A DNA stretch of 63,373 nt, counting the filler, from Lenisia limosa (Eukaryota > Protista > Breviatea), in NCBI GenBank assembly GCA_001655205.1. It is 11 parts of 11 records of this genome, joined end to end, with 100 filler letters (N's around TTAATTAATTAA, not from the genome) between each part and the next. Parts side by side here need not be neighbours in the genome. Positions count along the whole stretch, not along the records: positions 60,067 to 63,373 come from LPNZ01008875.1; 10 more parts are not named here. One strand, 5' to 3'. Below the pieces are notes generated by a model. That model did not search any database. It saw only the letters and a list, made by a program, of their open reading frames with translations, and had not been told where the DNA came from. Position numbers and translations under genes: made by a program. Each line of letters opens with the position of its first letter. The first letter of the stretch is position 1. Positions 60,094-63,373 of this stretch are shown here, one piece after another.

Positions 60094-63000
60094 CCCCCCT
60101 TACCACCAGGGCGATAGCAGCGTGACTGTTTGCCTGCTCCAACACCCGTTCGTTCTCCTGGGGAGGGAGTGAAACGAAAAAATTTCGATGAAGAATATTG
60201 GCGTAAAAAGGTACTAATCGTAAAATTGTACAATTTATGTAAAATTTTACTGGCTGGTGGGGGTATCATTGAGGGAGAACACATTTATGTATAAACCGCC
60301 AAGAATAACGGGAGTGTAAGTTCTTCAATCCTCTCGGCTAATCCTCTTCTTTTAACCTTGTTGTTTCTCTCAATGTTGTTCCGTCTATCCTCGGTTTTGA
60401 AACGTTTCCAACACTTGCACAAAAAATAACAACGTACTTTGCAGTTTTCGAGCAAACGATAGAGCCAGGTGAGACGAAGTTCGGGGGCGTCCATGTAGCG
60501 GTCTGGAGGGGGGGGGGGGGGNNNNNNNNNNNNNNNNNNNNNNNNNNNNNNNNNNNNNNNNNNNNNNNNNNNNNNNNNNNNNNNNNNNNNNNNNNNNNNN
60601 NNNNNNNNNNNNNNNNNNNNNNNNNNNNNNNNNNNNNNNNNNNNNNNNNNNNNNNNTTTGATATTTGATAACATCAATATGAGAGGGGAAGGGGTTCGCT
60701 ACAACCTATCCAATATCAAACCTTGAAATCACTTTTTCAATGAACAGGATTTTAAAAAGATTTACAAAAAATATCATAGAAATTACTATTTATAGACTAG
60801 TTACTCCCCTTCCCTCCAAATAAAAATCATATCATTTTCTTTATATCACTATGATGCCCCTCCAACCAGCCATAGACATAAACAGGCTAGCCATGTCGTC
60901 TGTGTGGAAGGTGCCCTTCTGGTTCAACTGCAAGCGTCACACCGAATACCAGTGTAAGGACAGGGTAAACAACAAATACCTGTGAATTCTTCATCAAAAT
61001 ATATCATACAACAAAAACTATGTAGTATATACATATATCTAGGGCTTCACTTTGGAAAATATCGATAGTTTTCGAGAATTTCAAGAAATTCTGTCTTTGT
61101 TTGAACCGAAGTGAAGCTGTATACATATCTCCTTCGTTGTCCCCCGCCCCCACGGCAATTACTGCGAAGGCTTCATTGAGAATGTTCATAAGACGGTCGG
61201 AGACCAGAGTAACACGAGCCCTGAATTCCTCCCCACTCTACACGGGTCAATTGTTACAATAGCATGTCTGTGTGTGGTTAAAAATGGAACTTTAATGTAA
61301 CAAAAAAAAAAGAAATGGAACTTTAATGTAACAAAAAAAAAAGCCCAAAATCAAGTCTGTTGGCTAGAAACAGAGCTCAAAATAAGTAAAAAAAAAAAAA
61401 AAAAAANNNNNNNNNNNNNNNNNNNNNNNNNNNNNNNNNNNNNNNNNNNNNNNNNNNNNNNNNNNNNNNNNNNNNNNNATAAGTAGGATAATAGTATCCC
61501 CCCCACCTCCCCCGCGTAGTCGGGGAGGCACCGAAGGGCTCTTTGGAGAACGTCACGCGTGTGGATGAGACCTGGGGGGGTAAAACAGAGGAAATTTCGA
61601 TGAAGAATATAGTATAATAGTAATGCCCCCAATCTTTTGCCTTACAACTTCTTATTATGACGGTTTTTTTTTATAAAAAAAAAGCCCTATCCCTCCTGAA
61701 TATGATACGATTTGGAGGAAGGCGAGTAACCAGTCAAAAAATAGTATTTTCTATGATATTTTTTGTAAATCTTTTGTAAATCCTCCTGAAATGAGCTGTG
61801 TGAGGGCCATACCTCCTGAAATGAGCTGTGTGAGGGCCATGGAGGATTGAAGCGTAATAGCAATCACGTCGGACTTTTGTTGGTCGTTTTGCTGAGGAGG
61901 GGAAAGGGCGAAATGAAGGACATTTAATGAGGGTGAAGTCGACAATTCATGAAACAAAAAAAGCCCAAAATCAACTCAGTTGGCTGACAACACATGAGGG
62001 TTTATAACAACAAAACAAACAAANNNNNNNNNNNNNNNNNNNNNNNNNNNNNNNNNNNNNNNNNNNNNNNNNNNNNNNNNNNNNNNNNNNNNNNNNNNNN
62101 NNNNNNTTATGGAACAACAAATTCTGAATCAACTCTGTTGGCTAGCATTTGGGAAACACTCAAGGGTTGAAAACAACAAAACAACGGGGGGAGGGGGGAC
62201 GAAGGACATTTGAGAAGGAAGATACATGGAGTATCTGAAACAAAAAAAGCCCAAAATCAAATATATTGGCCAAACATATATATTTAGCTCCAACCTTGAT
62301 CAGGGAGTAGAGAAGAGCAGTTCCGGCGGTTCTGATAGGAGTGCTGGTGACAGCCATCGCGCGAAGGGCCGTGTTGCAGAGAGTTACTCCGAAGGACTGG
62401 GCAAAAGTTATAAAAATGACTTAAGGACAGTTACAAAAATGATAACATTTAGGAAAGTAACAAAAACGACCACAAATAACACACGTAGGACATAATAACA
62501 CAGATATATCATATACATATAACCCCCCCACGGTGGCCGGGTCGAACACCAGCGACTGCGTGGCATTGGAGAAGGCCGTAGCGAAGGCGAAGGTCTGCGA
62601 CAACAGGCTGTCAGGAAGCTCGCCGGTCATGACGGAAGACACGACGTCGAAAACCTGGGGGAAGGGGGTCAATGAAAAATTAATTTATGAAACAAAAAAA
62701 GCCAAAAATAAAACTCTGTTGGCTAACAAATGAGAAAATGATCGGGGAGATTGTATAAGCCCAATCATTCCTTACAACTCTATGCACACAGCTTTCTGTA
62801 TGCCTCCCCAGCATGAAATGATTCAATAATATAGCAATATGGTGACTGGGACAAGTCTTGCTGAGCGAAATCCATATATAATAGGTCAGGACTTATCCCG
62901 GCCAGTGTCTATAATAGACTTTAATAGATTAAATAATACTTCCATATAATATGACAAGATCTAATTACATAGCTCACAGGCTTAGCGAGAGGCTCAGTTA

Positions 63001-63107
63001 ATCTCGTGAGATTGTAGAACACGGGGGTGTTTATCTCCGGCCCGGCCTCCATGAGCGTGGCCAAAATGCGGATGGCTGCCGAACGCGCCGCCGTAGTCAC
63101 TGCTGAT
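60094..63107 (-). CDS. DOCK: DOCK-C/D (Zizimin-like) Rho-family GEF, region leading into DHR-2 (internal fragment, 9 exons)
   Basis: Spliced VFDVVSSVM...; LCNTALRAM...IRTAGTALLYSLIK; TLQSSMALTQLISG; FRARVTLVSDRLMNIL; DDMASLFMSMADRYMDAPELRLTWLYRL; ENERVLEQANSHAAIALV. This matches the motif order of DOCK6-11 (PELRxTWL). Confidence 0.85.
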
Positions 63108-63373
63108 TCTGGGGATGTTAATACATTTATTGATTCCTAATAAGAGAAACATACTATGGATACTGGGGGTGAATATGGGAACTTATTAATTGTTTCTACA
63201 AAGACTACATCTGTGGCCTTCACTTCGGTTCGAAAAACACCGATAAAATATCGATAGTTTTGAGGATTGATCGAGAAATTCAGTGTGTTTTCAAAACATA
63301 CTGTACATATTTGAACTACACCATTCACAAAACACAAATTTTCCCATAAATTACATCCCCCCTCCTCACCCTG

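Overview
This is eukaryotic nuclear DNA from a draft assembly of an intron-rich organism, probably a unicellular eukaryote; I cannot identify the taxon. It consists of 11 pieces joined by 10 artificial 100-nt spacers (N44-TTAATTAATTAA-N44), plus many N runs that are probably masked or gapped sequence. The six-frame ORF track is mostly uninformative because genes are split into short GT-AG exons (most ~40-170 nt). Manual exon threading supports: an acid-sphingomyelinase/PPN1-like metallophosphoesterase, a laminin-EGF single-pass membrane protein, a WD40 protein, a BED-finger-like protein, a METTL21-family methyltransferase, SURF6/Rrp14, a fibrinogen-like (YCD) domain protein, an ankyrin protein, a secreted tandem DJ-1/PfpI protein, a DOCK-C/D GEF and several unknown genes. 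Mobile DNA includes an RT-less DIRS-type relic, an intron-containing frameshifted pogo/Fot1-type transposase, and at least six short repeat families that fill the introns: hAT-like MITEs with 8-bp TSDs, Tc1/pogo-like MITEs with TA TSDs, and two non-palindromic families oriented with host transcription. The best candidate for a new system is a repeat family (E/G) ending in ...TTTTACTCCCCCC(AC)CAG. It forms the 3' splice site of many introns, and its reverse complement (CTG|GTGGGGGG) sits at 5' splice sites, suggesting an introner-like or G-run/C-run intron-definition system. All gene models and counts are manual and coordinates are approximate.
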